Source: an uncultured Neomegalonema sp.
Lineage (GTDB): Bacteria > Pseudomonadota > Alphaproteobacteria > Rhodobacterales > Rhodobacteraceae
Reading direction: 5' to 3'
DNA length: 64,000 nucleotides
NCBI GenBank assembly: GCA_937922185.1
Contig: CAKZUT010000070.1
Span: forward strand, 2,856 to 66,855
Shown: piece by piece, positions 39,126-48,371 of the stretch
How positions within the stretch are numbered: position 1 is the stretch's first letter
How the letters are laid out: each line of letters starts with the position of its first letter
The notes under the pieces: generated by a model
Seen by the model: the letters and a program-made list of their open reading frames with translations, nothing else
Databases searched by the model: none
What the model was told of the DNA's origin: nothing
Position numbers and translations under genes: made by a program

Positions 39126-40253
39126 TCACCCGGCGGGATCACCGATCCCCCGCAGGGCCGCGCGCCATTCCGCCCGTACCCCGGCATCCTCATCGTCCTG
39201 CACAGGCGCGGTGAGGTCGGTGCCATCGGACAGGCGCGCCATCGCCCACACGGCGGCCCCGCGCACCAGCGGCTCGTCATCCCGCAACAGCGCCCGCACG
39301 GATGCCACCAGCCCCGCATCGCCCGAATTTCCGGCGGCGATCAGCACATTGCGGAGAAACCGTCCCCGCCCGATCCGCTTGACCGGCGAGGCGGTGAACA
39401 GCGCCCGGAACCCCGCTTCGTCCAGCGCCAGCAACTCGGCCAGTGCCGGAGCGCGCAGGGCCTCGCGCGCATGATAGGCGCTGTCCTGCGCCACGCGGGC
39501 GAACTTGTTCCACGGACAGACGGCGAGACAGTCATCGCAGCCATAGATGCGGTTACCCATCGCCGCGCGGAACTCCTGCGGGATCGGCCCCTTATGCTCG
39601 ATGGTCAGATACGAGATACAGCGCCGCGCATCCAGCCGATAGGGCGCGGGAAACGCCGCCGTCGGACAGATATCGAGACACGCCCGGCACGAGCCGCAGC
39701 GGTCGCCATGGGCGGCGTCCTTCGGCAGGTCCAGCGTCGTGAAGATCGCCCCCAGAAACGCCCATGATCCCACATCGCGGCTGACGAGGTTCGTGTGCTT
39801 GCCCTGCCAGCCCAGCCCCGCCAGCGCGGCCAGCGGCTTTTCCATCACCGGGGCCGTATCGACGAAAACCTTCACGTCCTCGCCCGTCTCCTCCACGATC
39901 CAGCGGGCCAGCCGTTTCAGCCGCTTCTTGATCCGGTCATGGTAGTCGCGGTTGCGCGCATAGACGCTGATGGTCGCGCGGTCGGCCTGGGCCAGCGTCG
40001 CCAGCGGATCGTCCTGCGGCCCGTAATTCTCGACCAGCATCACCACCGACCGCGCCTCCGGCCACAGCGCAGAGGCATCCGCCCTCCACGCGATGCGCTC
40101 TTCCATCCAGCCCATCCCGCCGTGATAGCCCTCGGCCACCCAGTCGCGCAGCCGCTCGCCCGCAGGCCGCATCGCGCCGGGCGCGGCGATCCCCATGGCC
40201 GCAAACCCCTCCCCGCGCGCGCGGGCTTCCAGCAAAGAGCGCAGATCGGTCAC
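39126..40253 (-). CDS. queG: tRNA epoxyqueuosine(34) reductase
   Basis: 375 aa with two 4Fe-4S Cys clusters ([27 protein letters not shown]) and a HEAT-like C-terminus. Confidence 0.9.
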   Translation of the reverse strand: MTDLRSLLEARARGEGFAAMGIAAPGAMRPAGERLRDWVAEGYHGGMGWMEERIAWRADASALWPEARSVVMLVENYGPQDDPLATLAQADRATISVYARNRDYHDRIKKRLKRLARWIVEETGEDVKVFVDTAPVMEKPLAALAGLGWQGKHTNLVSRDVGSWAFLGAIFTTLDLPKDAAHGDRCGSCRACLDICPTAAFPAPYRLDARRCISYLTIEHKGPIPQEFRAAMGNRIYGCDDCLAVCPWNKFARVAQDSAYHAREALRAPALAELLALDEAGFRALFTASPVKRIGRGRFLRNVLIAAGNSGDAGLVASVRALLRDDEPLVRGAAVWAMARLSDGTDLTAPVQDDEDAGVRAEWRAALRGIGDPAG

Positions 40254-40328
40254 GACAGGGCTGTCTCCATTGAAGGAATGGCCACCGGGATACCGGAGTG
40301 AACCCCCTTCCGGCGCATATGGTCGCCT

Positions 40329-41000
40329 TCAGAAATCCACATCCGCATAGTGATCCGCCGCCGGTATTCCCGGCACATGGTCCGATAGCAGGGTGCGGAA
40401 GGCCGGGCGGCTCTTGATGCGGGCATACCAGCCCTTTGCCGCCGGATAGGCCTGCCAGTCCACTTCACCGATATAATCGAGGCAACTGATATGCGCGGCG
40501 GCGGCGAAATCGGCCAGCGTCAGCGCCTCCCCCGCCAGCCAGTTGCGCCGGTCGGCCAGGTGCGCGACATATTCGAGATGGGCGCGCAGGTTCGCCGCGC
40601 CGATGCGGATATAGTCGCTGTCCGGCCCGCCATCCCGGCGCATCCGGCGCATGACCTTCTCGTCCAGCAGCGTCTCGATCACCTCCGAGCGGAACCGCCC
40701 GTCGAACCACGCCACCAACCGCCGCGCCTCCGCCCGCGCCTCGAGTCGCCGGGGTAGCAGCGGATGCTGCGGATAGGCTTCCTCCAGATATTCGCAGATC
40801 GCCATGGAATCGACGATGACCGTCCCGTCCGGCTCGACCAGAACCGGCGTCTCCCCCGCCGGATTGAGCTTCACGAGATCGCGGGGCCGCTCCCACGGGG
40901 CCGTCTCGATCAGATCGACGCCCAGCCCCTTCTCGGCCAGTGCAAGGCGCACCTTGCGGCACCAGGGAGAGAGCGAAAAGGCATAAAGCCTGCGGGTCAC
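40329..41000 (-). CDS. glutathione S-transferase
   Basis: LYAFSLSPWCRKVRLALAEKGL...PVLVEPDGTVIVDSMAICEYLEE is a GST N-terminal fold, followed by a C-terminal helical domain. GTG start at 40998-41000, preceded by GGAGG. Confidence 0.8.
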   Translation of the reverse strand: MTRRLYAFSLSPWCRKVRLALAEKGLGVDLIETAPWERPRDLVKLNPAGETPVLVEPDGTVIVDSMAICEYLEEAYPQHPLLPRRLEARAEARRLVAWFDGRFRSEVIETLLDEKVMRRMRRDGGPDSDYIRIGAANLRAHLEYVAHLADRRNWLAGEALTLADFAAAAHISCLDYIGEVDWQAYPAAKGWYARIKSRPAFRTLLSDHVPGIPAADHYADVDF

Positions 41001-41022
41001 GGTCGGCCTCCGATATCAGCTT

Positions 41023-41808
41023 TCATCGGTAATCCCGGATTTTCCGGTGGTCCGGTTCCGTGGCCGATACCAGCCGATAGTGCCGTTCCTCGACAACTTT
41101 CATCGCAAAATCCTCTATGACCAGTTCAAAGAACGCAATCCGGTTCCCGTCCATGAACTGCACCGATATCGCCCTGGCGCGCAGGTCCGCAAACCGTTCC
41201 GCACACCAGTCCAGATCCTGCATTGTCTGCACGACGGATATCTGATCGGTGCCGCCCTTTGCCTGCACCGGAACGATGTAATGGCCTCCGTACCTGTCCA
41301 GCCCGACGTAAAGCTCGTCGATTTCTATCTGCCCGACGCCCGCCACGGTGGTCCGCAGGTGGTTCTGGAGCGAATAGGTCGTCAGGCCGAGAAAGATGTC
41401 GAGCAACCTGTTGTACCGGACGATGGCGAGCAGTGCCTGTTCATCGTCGAGAGCATAATGGCGGATGATCTCCGGCGTGGCATCCGGGATTGAGACCGTT
41501 GCAAGGTCCGGGTTGGGGACGATCCGGCTGAGGCTGAAAAGGATGAACTCGTACTTGCCTTTGCCGACCATCGTGATGAGCCATTCCCTGCCTTGAGGCT
41601 GGGTTGCCAGAATACGGTCGGGCAGAGGTATCCTGAACCGGAAAGAGTAGAGAATGTCGCCGAGATTTTTGGGCAGCGATATGGCCAGTGCTTTCGCGGC
41701 TGTTTCGATATCCTCCCGTTCAAACCCGACCACCGCATCGCCCGGTGTGTAGCGGTCAAAGAATATCTTCTCGATGATCGCGCCATAGCGATTGGGGGGT
41801 CTAGCCAT
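41023..41808 (-). CDS. putative type II restriction endonuclease (partner of the adjacent C5 methyltransferase)
   Basis: 262-aa ORF starting at the ATG at 41806-41808. It overlaps the methyltransferase stop (41801-41803) by 8 nt. No known fold was recognised by eye, so the call is contextual. The 379-aa track ORF is an upstream read-through into the methyltransferase gene. Confidence 0.5.
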   Translation of the reverse strand: MARPPNRYGAIIEKIFFDRYTPGDAVVGFEREDIETAAKALAISLPKNLGDILYSFRFRIPLPDRILATQPQGREWLITMVGKGKYEFILFSLSRIVPNPDLATVSIPDATPEIIRHYALDDEQALLAIVRYNRLLDIFLGLTTYSLQNHLRTTVAGVGQIEIDELYVGLDRYGGHYIVPVQAKGGTDQISVVQTMQDLDWCAERFADLRARAISVQFMDGNRIAFFELVIEDFAMKVVEERHYRLVSATEPDHRKIRDYR

Positions 41809-43150
41809 GGGCAGGCCCGTGTTGTGCATTGAGCCTTTCGCGCTCGATATCGACCTGCTTGCGCTTTTTCGCGCCGCTTTTCCGGTCCCGTTTGCTCGGG
41901 GGAGGGGCGATCCCGAAATGGCGGGATGCTTTCGACAGATCGAAATGCAGCAGTTCGGCATCGCCGGGGGAAAGGGTCCGTTCGGGGCGTGTCGCCCGGA
42001 TGCCCAGAGCGTCGCGGATCGCTCCTGCCACCGCTCTCGCCAGAGGCGGGGGCACCGCATTGCCGATCTGACGCGCTCCATGCCATTTCGTCGCGTTGAA
42101 CCTGAACCAGTCGGGAAAGCCGTGAAGGCGGGCCATTTCCCGCACTGTGATGCAGCGGTCATGGGCGTAATGGATAGGCCGGGGGCTGGTGAATGCCCCT
42201 CTCGCCCCGTCCGTTCCTGCCCTCAGAGTGTTGGATACGCCTTCCATCGGCAATCGAAAGAAGCGGCTGATCGGTTCGACCGTGCCCGGTGCCGTTTCGG
42301 CGAAACGGCGTTTTGATATCCCGGTATGGACCGTACGGGCACTGGACGTGAGGAATTCCGGCTGCCAGTCCCGCACATAGCCGAAATGCCATGCGTCATT
42401 GCCGGTGCATCGCATCTCGGCGGCATAGGCCGAGGCGCGGCCATAGCGTTCCGCCCGGACCATATCGCCGGTCAGCAAGGCGTCGAAACCATCGGCATCG
42501 GGCAGGTCGCCGATGGCCTGCCGGACCGTCGGGCCGTCAGGAAGATGATCGTACTGTCTGCTCTGTCCGGCGATATTGGTCAGAGCGGCGGGGTAGTCCG
42601 GGACGGTTCCGCCTTCTCTCACACCCATCAGGAACAGGCGCTGGCGGTTCTGCGGCACGCCGTAATGGGCGGCGTTCAACACCTGCCACGGCAACCGAAC
42701 CCGGTATCCTGCCTGCTCGAACGCCTCCACAAGCTCATCGAGAACGGCACGATGCTTGCCGACGGTCAATCCTCTGACGTTCTCGAAAACAAAGCTGCCT
42801 GCCTCCAGTTCAGCGACGATTCTGACAAAATCGCGAACCAGCGCATTGCGCGGATCATCCAGAACACGGTGACCGATCAGGGAAAACCCCTGACAGGGTG
42901 CGCCCCCGAAGACGCAATCGATACGGCGATCCCCGATGCCGGCGGCGTCGCGGATATCCGCACCGCTCAGGCCCTCCACGGATCGGGGCAGAATGGTCGT
43001 CTCCGGGAAGTTGAATGCATGTACCGCGCTGTGTACCGGGTCGATTTCCACGGCGGCGGCGATGTCGAAACCCGCCTGCTCAAATCCCAGACTCAGCCCT
43101 CCGGCCCCGGCAAAAAGATCGATCCCTGTGGGTCGCATGAATCCCGCCAT
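41801..43150 (-). CDS. DNA (cytosine-5)-methyltransferase
   Basis: Canonical motif order: I DLFAGAGGLSLG, IV GGAPCQGFS, VI ENVRGL, VIII QNRQRLFL, a variable TRD, and X GNAVPPPLA. Confidence 0.9.
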   Translation of the reverse strand: MAGFMRPTGIDLFAGAGGLSLGFEQAGFDIAAAVEIDPVHSAVHAFNFPETTILPRSVEGLSGADIRDAAGIGDRRIDCVFGGAPCQGFSLIGHRVLDDPRNALVRDFVRIVAELEAGSFVFENVRGLTVGKHRAVLDELVEAFEQAGYRVRLPWQVLNAAHYGVPQNRQRLFLMGVREGGTVPDYPAALTNIAGQSRQYDHLPDGPTVRQAIGDLPDADGFDALLTGDMVRAERYGRASAYAAEMRCTGNDAWHFGYVRDWQPEFLTSSARTVHTGISKRRFAETAPGTVEPISRFFRLPMEGVSNTLRAGTDGARGAFTSPRPIHYAHDRCITVREMARLHGFPDWFRFNATKWHGARQIGNAVPPPLARAVAGAIRDALGIRATRPERTLSPGDAELLHFDLSKASRHFGIAPPPSKRDRKSGAKKRKQVDIERERLNAQHGPAHG

Positions 43151-43210
43151 TTGTTCTTTTGTTGTTCTGCATAGCGAAAGATAGACGACTGTGCAAACCG
43201 TGTTGATCGT

Positions 43211-44149
43211 TTACTGCGTCTTCCGGGGAAAATTTTCATGATGCATCGCGGTCGTCTCCAGCATCCAGTCGATGAAGGCGCGCGCTTCGGGGCGGCGGGT
43301 GGCGGCTGTGGTGGTCACGAGGTCATAGCCGATGCCCGGCGCGACGCTCTCGGTGAAGGGGCGCATCAGGTGGCCGCTGGCGAGGGTCGCGCGCAGCAGG
43401 GGGCCGCTGGCCAGCACGACGCCCTGTCCTGCGATCGCGGCCTGCACCGCCTGTCCGTAATCGCTGAAGATCAGCGCGCCGTCTCCCCCGATGGCCGGGA
43501 TACCGATCCGGGCGAACCAGCGGTCCCAGGCGAACCATTGCCGGGTGGTATGCGCCCAGTCGAGCTGCGAGATATCCCAGTGGATCAGCGGCACCAGGGC
43601 GAGGTCGCGCAGGTTGGTCAGGGTTGCGGCCAGGGCGGGGCTGCATACGGGAAAGATCAGGTCATCGAAAAGGCGATGGGTCACGAGATCGTCACGGGGC
43701 ACCACGCCGTAGCGGATGGCGATATCGACGTCGCTGCGGTGCAGATCCACGATTTCCTGCGATGAATCGATCAGAACGGTGATTTGCGGATGGCGGGCGC
43801 GGAAGGCTTCGAGTTGCGGTACCAGCCATGTCGCGGCCAGCGAGGCCTCGACCGACACGATCAGGCGGGGGGCGCTCCGCTGCCCGCGCATCTGGCCGAC
43901 GGCGGCGCTCATATGGGTCATGGCGGCGGTAAGATCCTCGAGTCCGGCCTGCCCGGCGCGGGTCAGCGCGAGGCCGCGCCCGCTGCGCTCGATCAGCGGG
44001 GTGCCGAGGGTTTCCTCCAGACGATAGACGAGCTGCTTCACGGCGGCGGGCGTCACCCCCAGTTCCTCCGCCGCACGGGGATAGCTCAGATGCCGCGCGA
44101 CAGCCTCGAACGCGCGCAGGGCATTGAGGGAGGGGAGCCACCGGGTCAT
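43211..44149 (-). CDS. LysR-family transcriptional regulator (GcvA-like)
   Basis: N-terminal HTH LNALRAFEAVARHLSYPRAAEELGVTPAAVKQLV plus a LysR substrate-binding domain. Divergent from the GcvT-like gene. Confidence 0.9.
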   Translation of the reverse strand: MTRWLPSLNALRAFEAVARHLSYPRAAEELGVTPAAVKQLVYRLEETLGTPLIERSGRGLALTRAGQAGLEDLTAAMTHMSAAVGQMRGQRSAPRLIVSVEASLAATWLVPQLEAFRARHPQITVLIDSSQEIVDLHRSDVDIAIRYGVVPRDDLVTHRLFDDLIFPVCSPALAATLTNLRDLALVPLIHWDISQLDWAHTTRQWFAWDRWFARIGIPAIGGDGALIFSDYGQAVQAAIAGQGVVLASGPLLRATLASGHLMRPFTESVAPGIGYDLVTTTAATRRPEARAFIDWMLETTAMHHENFPRKTQ

Positions 44150-44245
44150 CGGGAAGTCGGATATTGTTACCTGTGGGTGAGATCAAATGATTTCTCGATT
44201 TCCGGCATCCGGGCAATGCTGCGGCAAATAACAGGGGAGGACGCC

Positions 44246-45421
44246 ATGCGTTCGAGTGACGGAGCGACCCGCGATCTGGTGACGACGAGACCGGGGGCGG
44301 GGTGGGATTACGGGCTGACCCGGCATCCCTATCACGAGATCGAGCGCCCGATGGGGCCGCATTACTGCGTCTATAACCGCCGCCACATGGCAGTCTGCTT
44401 CGACGACCACACGACGGAGGAGGGATACTGGCGGCTGCGGCGACAGGCGGCGGTGCTGCATACCGGCGAATGGCCGTTGCAGTTCGAGGGGCCGGATGCC
44501 GAGGCCCTGCTCGACAGGCTGTTCACCAAGGACATTACCAGAGTGAAGGTAGGCCGCTGCGGCTATGGCCTCGCCTGTTACGAGGACGGGGGCCTGATTA
44601 CCGACGGTATCCTGCTGCGGCTGGCACCGGACAGGTTCTGGTACGCGCAGGCGGACGGCGATTTCTACTCCTGGGCGCGGGCGCATTCCGCCGGGATGGA
44701 CGTGACGATTTCGGACCCGGACGTATTCGTGTCGCAGGTACAGGGACCGAATGCCCTGAAGATACTGGAGGAGGCGAGCGATACCGGGATGCCCGATCCC
44801 TTCGGCTATTTCGCTGTCGCGCGCGTGTCCTTCGGCGGGCAGGAGGTGGTCATCACCCGCACCGGCTATACCAATGAACTGGGCTGGGAGTTCTATACCG
44901 AGCCGCATCACGACGCGCAGGCTCTCTGGGCGCATATCGAGGCGGCGGGCCGACCCCATGGCATCCGCATCTTCGGGCTGGATGCGATGAATATCCGCCG
45001 CATCGAGGCGGGCATCCTGAATGCGGGGGCCGATTTCAACCGCTTCACGACCCCTTACGAGGCGGGCCTCGGGCATTTCGTGGATGAGGGCAAGGGTGAT
45101 TTTCTGGGCAGGGCCGCGCTCATGGCCGCGCCGAAAGGCCGTCGCTCGCATGGCATCGCCTGCGAGGGGGGTGAGCCGCTCATCGCCGCACCCGTCGAGA
45201 TGGACGGCACTCGCGCCGGAACCGTGACGGCAGGGGCTACCTCGCCCTATCTCGGCCATGGTATCGGCATCGCGCTGATGGATACGGCGGACCCTGGCCC
45301 CGGCACGGCAATCACCGTCGGCTGCAAGGACGGCTCGATGCAGCCCGCCACGCTGGTCGAGATGCCGTTCTACGACAGGGAATGCGCCATTCCACGCGGC
45401 AAGCTGGTGGATATTCCCTGA
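44246..45421 (+). CDS. aminomethyltransferase-family protein (GcvT-like folate-dependent demethylase)
   Basis: GRCGYGLACYEDGGLITDGILLRL, TRTGYTNELGWEFY and a C-terminal barrel fit the GcvT family. The start was set at the ATG at 44246, preceded by GGGGAGG. Confidence 0.8.
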   Translation: MRSSDGATRDLVTTRPGAGWDYGLTRHPYHEIERPMGPHYCVYNRRHMAVCFDDHTTEEGYWRLRRQAAVLHTGEWPLQFEGPDAEALLDRLFTKDITRVKVGRCGYGLACYEDGGLITDGILLRLAPDRFWYAQADGDFYSWARAHSAGMDVTISDPDVFVSQVQGPNALKILEEASDTGMPDPFGYFAVARVSFGGQEVVITRTGYTNELGWEFYTEPHHDAQALWAHIEAAGRPHGIRIFGLDAMNIRRIEAGILNAGADFNRFTTPYEAGLGHFVDEGKGDFLGRAALMAAPKGRRSHGIACEGGEPLIAAPVEMDGTRAGTVTAGATSPYLGHGIGIALMDTADPGPGTAITVGCKDGSMQPATLVEMPFYDRECAIPRGKLVDIP

Positions 45422-45470
45422 CAGGCATCGCGCGGCAGGGCATGGTGTGGACAGGGGAGGTGCCGGGACC

Positions 45471-46616
45471 ATGCTGACGAATTCCGATCTGGCGGAGCTG
45501 ATCGCTTTGCGCCGTGAGCTGCATCGCCACCCCGAACTTTCCGGCGAGGAGGAGGGAACCGCCCGCATGATCGTGGAGGCACTCGCTCCTCTCTCGCCGT
45601 CGCGCATCGTGACCGGCCTGGGCGGTCATGGGGTGGCGGCGGTCTTCGACAGCGGCAGCGAAGGGCCGACGGTCCTCTTTCGGGCGGAACTGGATGCCCT
45701 GCCCATTCAGGAAAAATCGGATGTGCCATGGGCTTCCACGGTGCCCGGAAAGGGGCATCTCTGTGGCCATGACGGGCATATGACGATGCTGCTGGCTCTG
45801 GGGCGGATGCTGTCCCGCAAGCCTGTCGCGACAGGCCGCGCCGTCCTGATGTTCCAGCCTGCGGAGGAGGATGGCAGCGGCGCGCGCGCCGTTGTCGCCG
45901 ATCCGGCCTATGGCGCGATCCGGCCCGACTGGGCCTTTGCGATCCATATCGAGCCGGGGCGTCCGTTCGGATATGTCTCCCTTCGGGAGGGGCTGGTCAA
46001 CTGTGCCTCACAGGGTCTCGAAATCAGGCTGACCGGCAAGACCGCCCATGCGGCAAATCCCGAAGACGGTGTTTCACCGGCCCGGACCGTCGCCTCGCTG
46101 ATCCCTGCGCTTGATGCGCTGGGGGAGGGGGGTGCGCTGGATGATGACTTCCGCCTCGTCACGATCACCCATGTTCAGATCGGTGAGCCGTCCTTCGGCA
46201 TCGCACCGGGCGATGCCGTGATCCGCGCGACCCTGAGAACGGCGCGCGATGACGCGATGGCGGGGGTCGCCGCCGAGGCGCGGATGCTGGCCACGGCGGC
46301 GGCGCAACAGGCCGGTCTGGCCGTGTCCTTCGAGGTATGCGACGATTTCGCGGCCTCGATCAATGACCCCGATGCCACGCGGATCGCGATTGCCGCGCTG
46401 GAGGCGATGGGCGTCCCCCATGGCGATCTCGACCTGCCGATGCGCGCTTCCGAGGATTTCGGCGTATTCGGTCGCGATGCCGGAGCCGCGATGATGTTGC
46501 TGGGACCGGGCATGGATTACGCTGCCCTGCACAATCCCGACTATGATTTCCCGGACGATCTGATCCCCGTCGGCTCCGCGATCTTCGACCGCATCGCCCG
46601 CGACCTTCTGGGGTAG
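45471..46616 (+). CDS. M20D-family amidohydrolase (hippurate hydrolase / aminoacylase-like)
   Basis: LRRELHRHPELSGEE, FRAELDALP, GHLCGHDGH and FQPAEE metal-ligand motifs. Confidence 0.85.
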   Translation: MLTNSDLAELIALRRELHRHPELSGEEEGTARMIVEALAPLSPSRIVTGLGGHGVAAVFDSGSEGPTVLFRAELDALPIQEKSDVPWASTVPGKGHLCGHDGHMTMLLALGRMLSRKPVATGRAVLMFQPAEEDGSGARAVVADPAYGAIRPDWAFAIHIEPGRPFGYVSLREGLVNCASQGLEIRLTGKTAHAANPEDGVSPARTVASLIPALDALGEGGALDDDFRLVTITHVQIGEPSFGIAPGDAVIRATLRTARDDAMAGVAAEARMLATAAAQQAGLAVSFEVCDDFAASINDPDATRIAIAALEAMGVPHGDLDLPMRASEDFGVFGRDAGAAMMLLGPGMDYAALHNPDYDFPDDLIPVGSAIFDRIARDLLG

Positions 46617-46662
46617 AGTCGATCTCGATCAGAATGACCCCGCGTGATCGTGTGGTCGTCGG

Positions 46663-47564
46663 TCATTCCAGCAGGATCAGCAGGATCGCACAGACGATGA
46701 GGGCGACGCCGATCACCTCCGTGCGGGTCGTTTTCTCGCCGAAGACGAACAGACCGGCGGCGAAGGTGAACAGCAGTTCCACCTGCCCCAGCGCCCGGAC
46801 ATAGGCGGCGTTCTGCAAGGTGAACGCCATGAACCAGCAGGCCGAGCAGGCCATGCCGACCAGCCCGACCGGGGCGGCCCGCCGCCATTCGGTGAAGACG
46901 CGGCCCAGTTCCGCGCGGTCGAAGATCAGGAACCACGCGCCCATCGCGAGGGTCTGGATCGTCAGGGCGACCACGAGCGTCAGGGCGGCGGACATGATGA
47001 AATCCGGGCTGCCCAGCGCCAGAGCCGCCCCCCGGAAACACACGACCGATGCGCCGAGCAGGGCGGCGCTCAGCAGGCCGATAAGCGTGGCTTTCTCGGT
47101 CACGCCGCGCAGCAGGGCGCGGGGGCTGAGGTCCGTTTCGGTCATGGCCAGAACGACCGTCCCCGCCGCTCCGATGCCGATGGCCAGTGCCGCCAGCGGC
47201 CCCACCGTGTCGCCCAGAAGGATGCCGCCGATCACGGCGATCAGCACCACTTCCAGCTTCGAGAACGTGGTCCCGACCGCAAAGCTGCGGAACGAGAACA
47301 TCCAGAGCAGCACGACGGTAAAGAGGATCTGCGCGATGCCGCCCAGCGCGCAATAGAGCACGAAAGTCGCGTTCGCCTGCGGCACCATAAAGCCGCCCAC
47401 CGCCTGCAACCCCCACAGATACAGCATCGCCAGCGGCAGGGCGTAGACAAAGCGCGCATAGGCCGCCCCGGCGGTCGAGAGCCGCCCTCTGATCGCCTTT
47501 TGCAGGACCGAGCGCAGGTTTTGCAGGAACGCGGCGACGATGGTGATGGGTATCCACAGCGACA
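46663..47564 (-). CDS. EamA/DMT-family transporter
   Basis: About 300 aa with ten predicted TM helices, starting MSLWIPITIVAAFLQNLRSVLQK. The start was set at the ATG at 47562-47564. Confidence 0.75.
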
Positions 47565-47666
47565 TAGCGTCTGCTCTTTCACCGATCCGGGCCGGGTTCA
47601 AGCCCGGTATGCGCCGCGCACCGGATAAGCCGTGACAGACCGCACGAAAGCGGCCAGTCTCGTCCC

Positions 47667-48371
47667 ATGCGCGCCTTGCTGTTTCTGCTGATCTTTCTGA
47701 TTCCGGTATCCGCCCATGCGCGCGGTTGTACGTTGGCGCTGGTTCTGGCAACCGACACGTCGTCCTCCATCGACGAGGATGAATACGCGGCCCAGATGCA
47801 GGGGCTGGCCGGGGCTTTCCGCACCGATGTGCTGCGCGAGGCGCTGCTGGGGACGCGGGGCATCCATGTCGAGGCAACCGTCGTCCACTGGAGCGGATAC
47901 AGGCATCAGGAACAGGTCGTGCCATGGACCGCGCTGACCGGGGCCGCGATCATCGACGATTTCGCGGACCGCATCGCCGCCGTGCCCCGCGCCGAGGACG
48001 GTCAGGCGACGGCGCTGGGCAAGGGGCTGGAATTCTCGGCAAGGCTGCTGCACGGGCGCGACTGTGACCGGCACATCATCGACCTGACCGGAGACGGGGT
48101 GAATAATTTCGGGATCGGGCCGCATTACTTCGCCGAGCGGGGCGATTTCGACGGCATCACCATCAACGGCCTTGCCATCCGGGGGGCCTTGCCCGACCCG
48201 GAGCCGTATTTCCGCGAGCACGTCGCGCGCGGGCCGGGGGCCTTCGTGATGGTGGCGGGTGGCTACGGGGAATATGCGGAGGCGATTCTGGAAAAACTGC
48301 TGCGCGAGATTTCTCCGCGCTACACCCTGCGCGTCACGCCTTCCCCGCGTCTTCCGGCGGCAGGGCGGTAA
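47667..48371 (+). CDS. DUF1194 (vWA-like) secreted protein
   Basis: Signal peptide MRALLFLLIFLIPVSAHA, MIDAS-like LATDTSSSID, DLTGDGVNN. Its 3' end overlaps the convergent STAND gene by 38 nt. Confidence 0.75.
   Translation: MRALLFLLIFLIPVSAHARGCTLALVLATDTSSSIDEDEYAAQMQGLAGAFRTDVLREALLGTRGIHVEATVVHWSGYRHQEQVVPWTALTGAAIIDDFADRIAAVPRAEDGQATALGKGLEFSARLLHGRDCDRHIIDLTGDGVNNFGIGPHYFAERGDFDGITINGLAIRGALPDPEPYFREHVARGPGAFVMVAGGYGEYAEAILEKLLREISPRYTLRVTPSPRLPAAGR

Noticed and set aside
41809-42162. N-terminal extension of the putative endonuclease ORF (379 aa in the track)
   Set aside because: The extension lies inside the methyltransferase coding region in another frame. The ATG at 41806-41808, immediately after the methyltransferase stop, gives a compact coupled gene.
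47667-48371. DUF1194 vWA-like gene as a fourth component of the protease/NTPase system
   Set aside because: It is on the opposite strand (convergent), carries a signal peptide, and belongs to a family commonly found in alphaproteobacteria without such neighbours. The adjacency is probably incidental, although the 38-nt overlap is noted.
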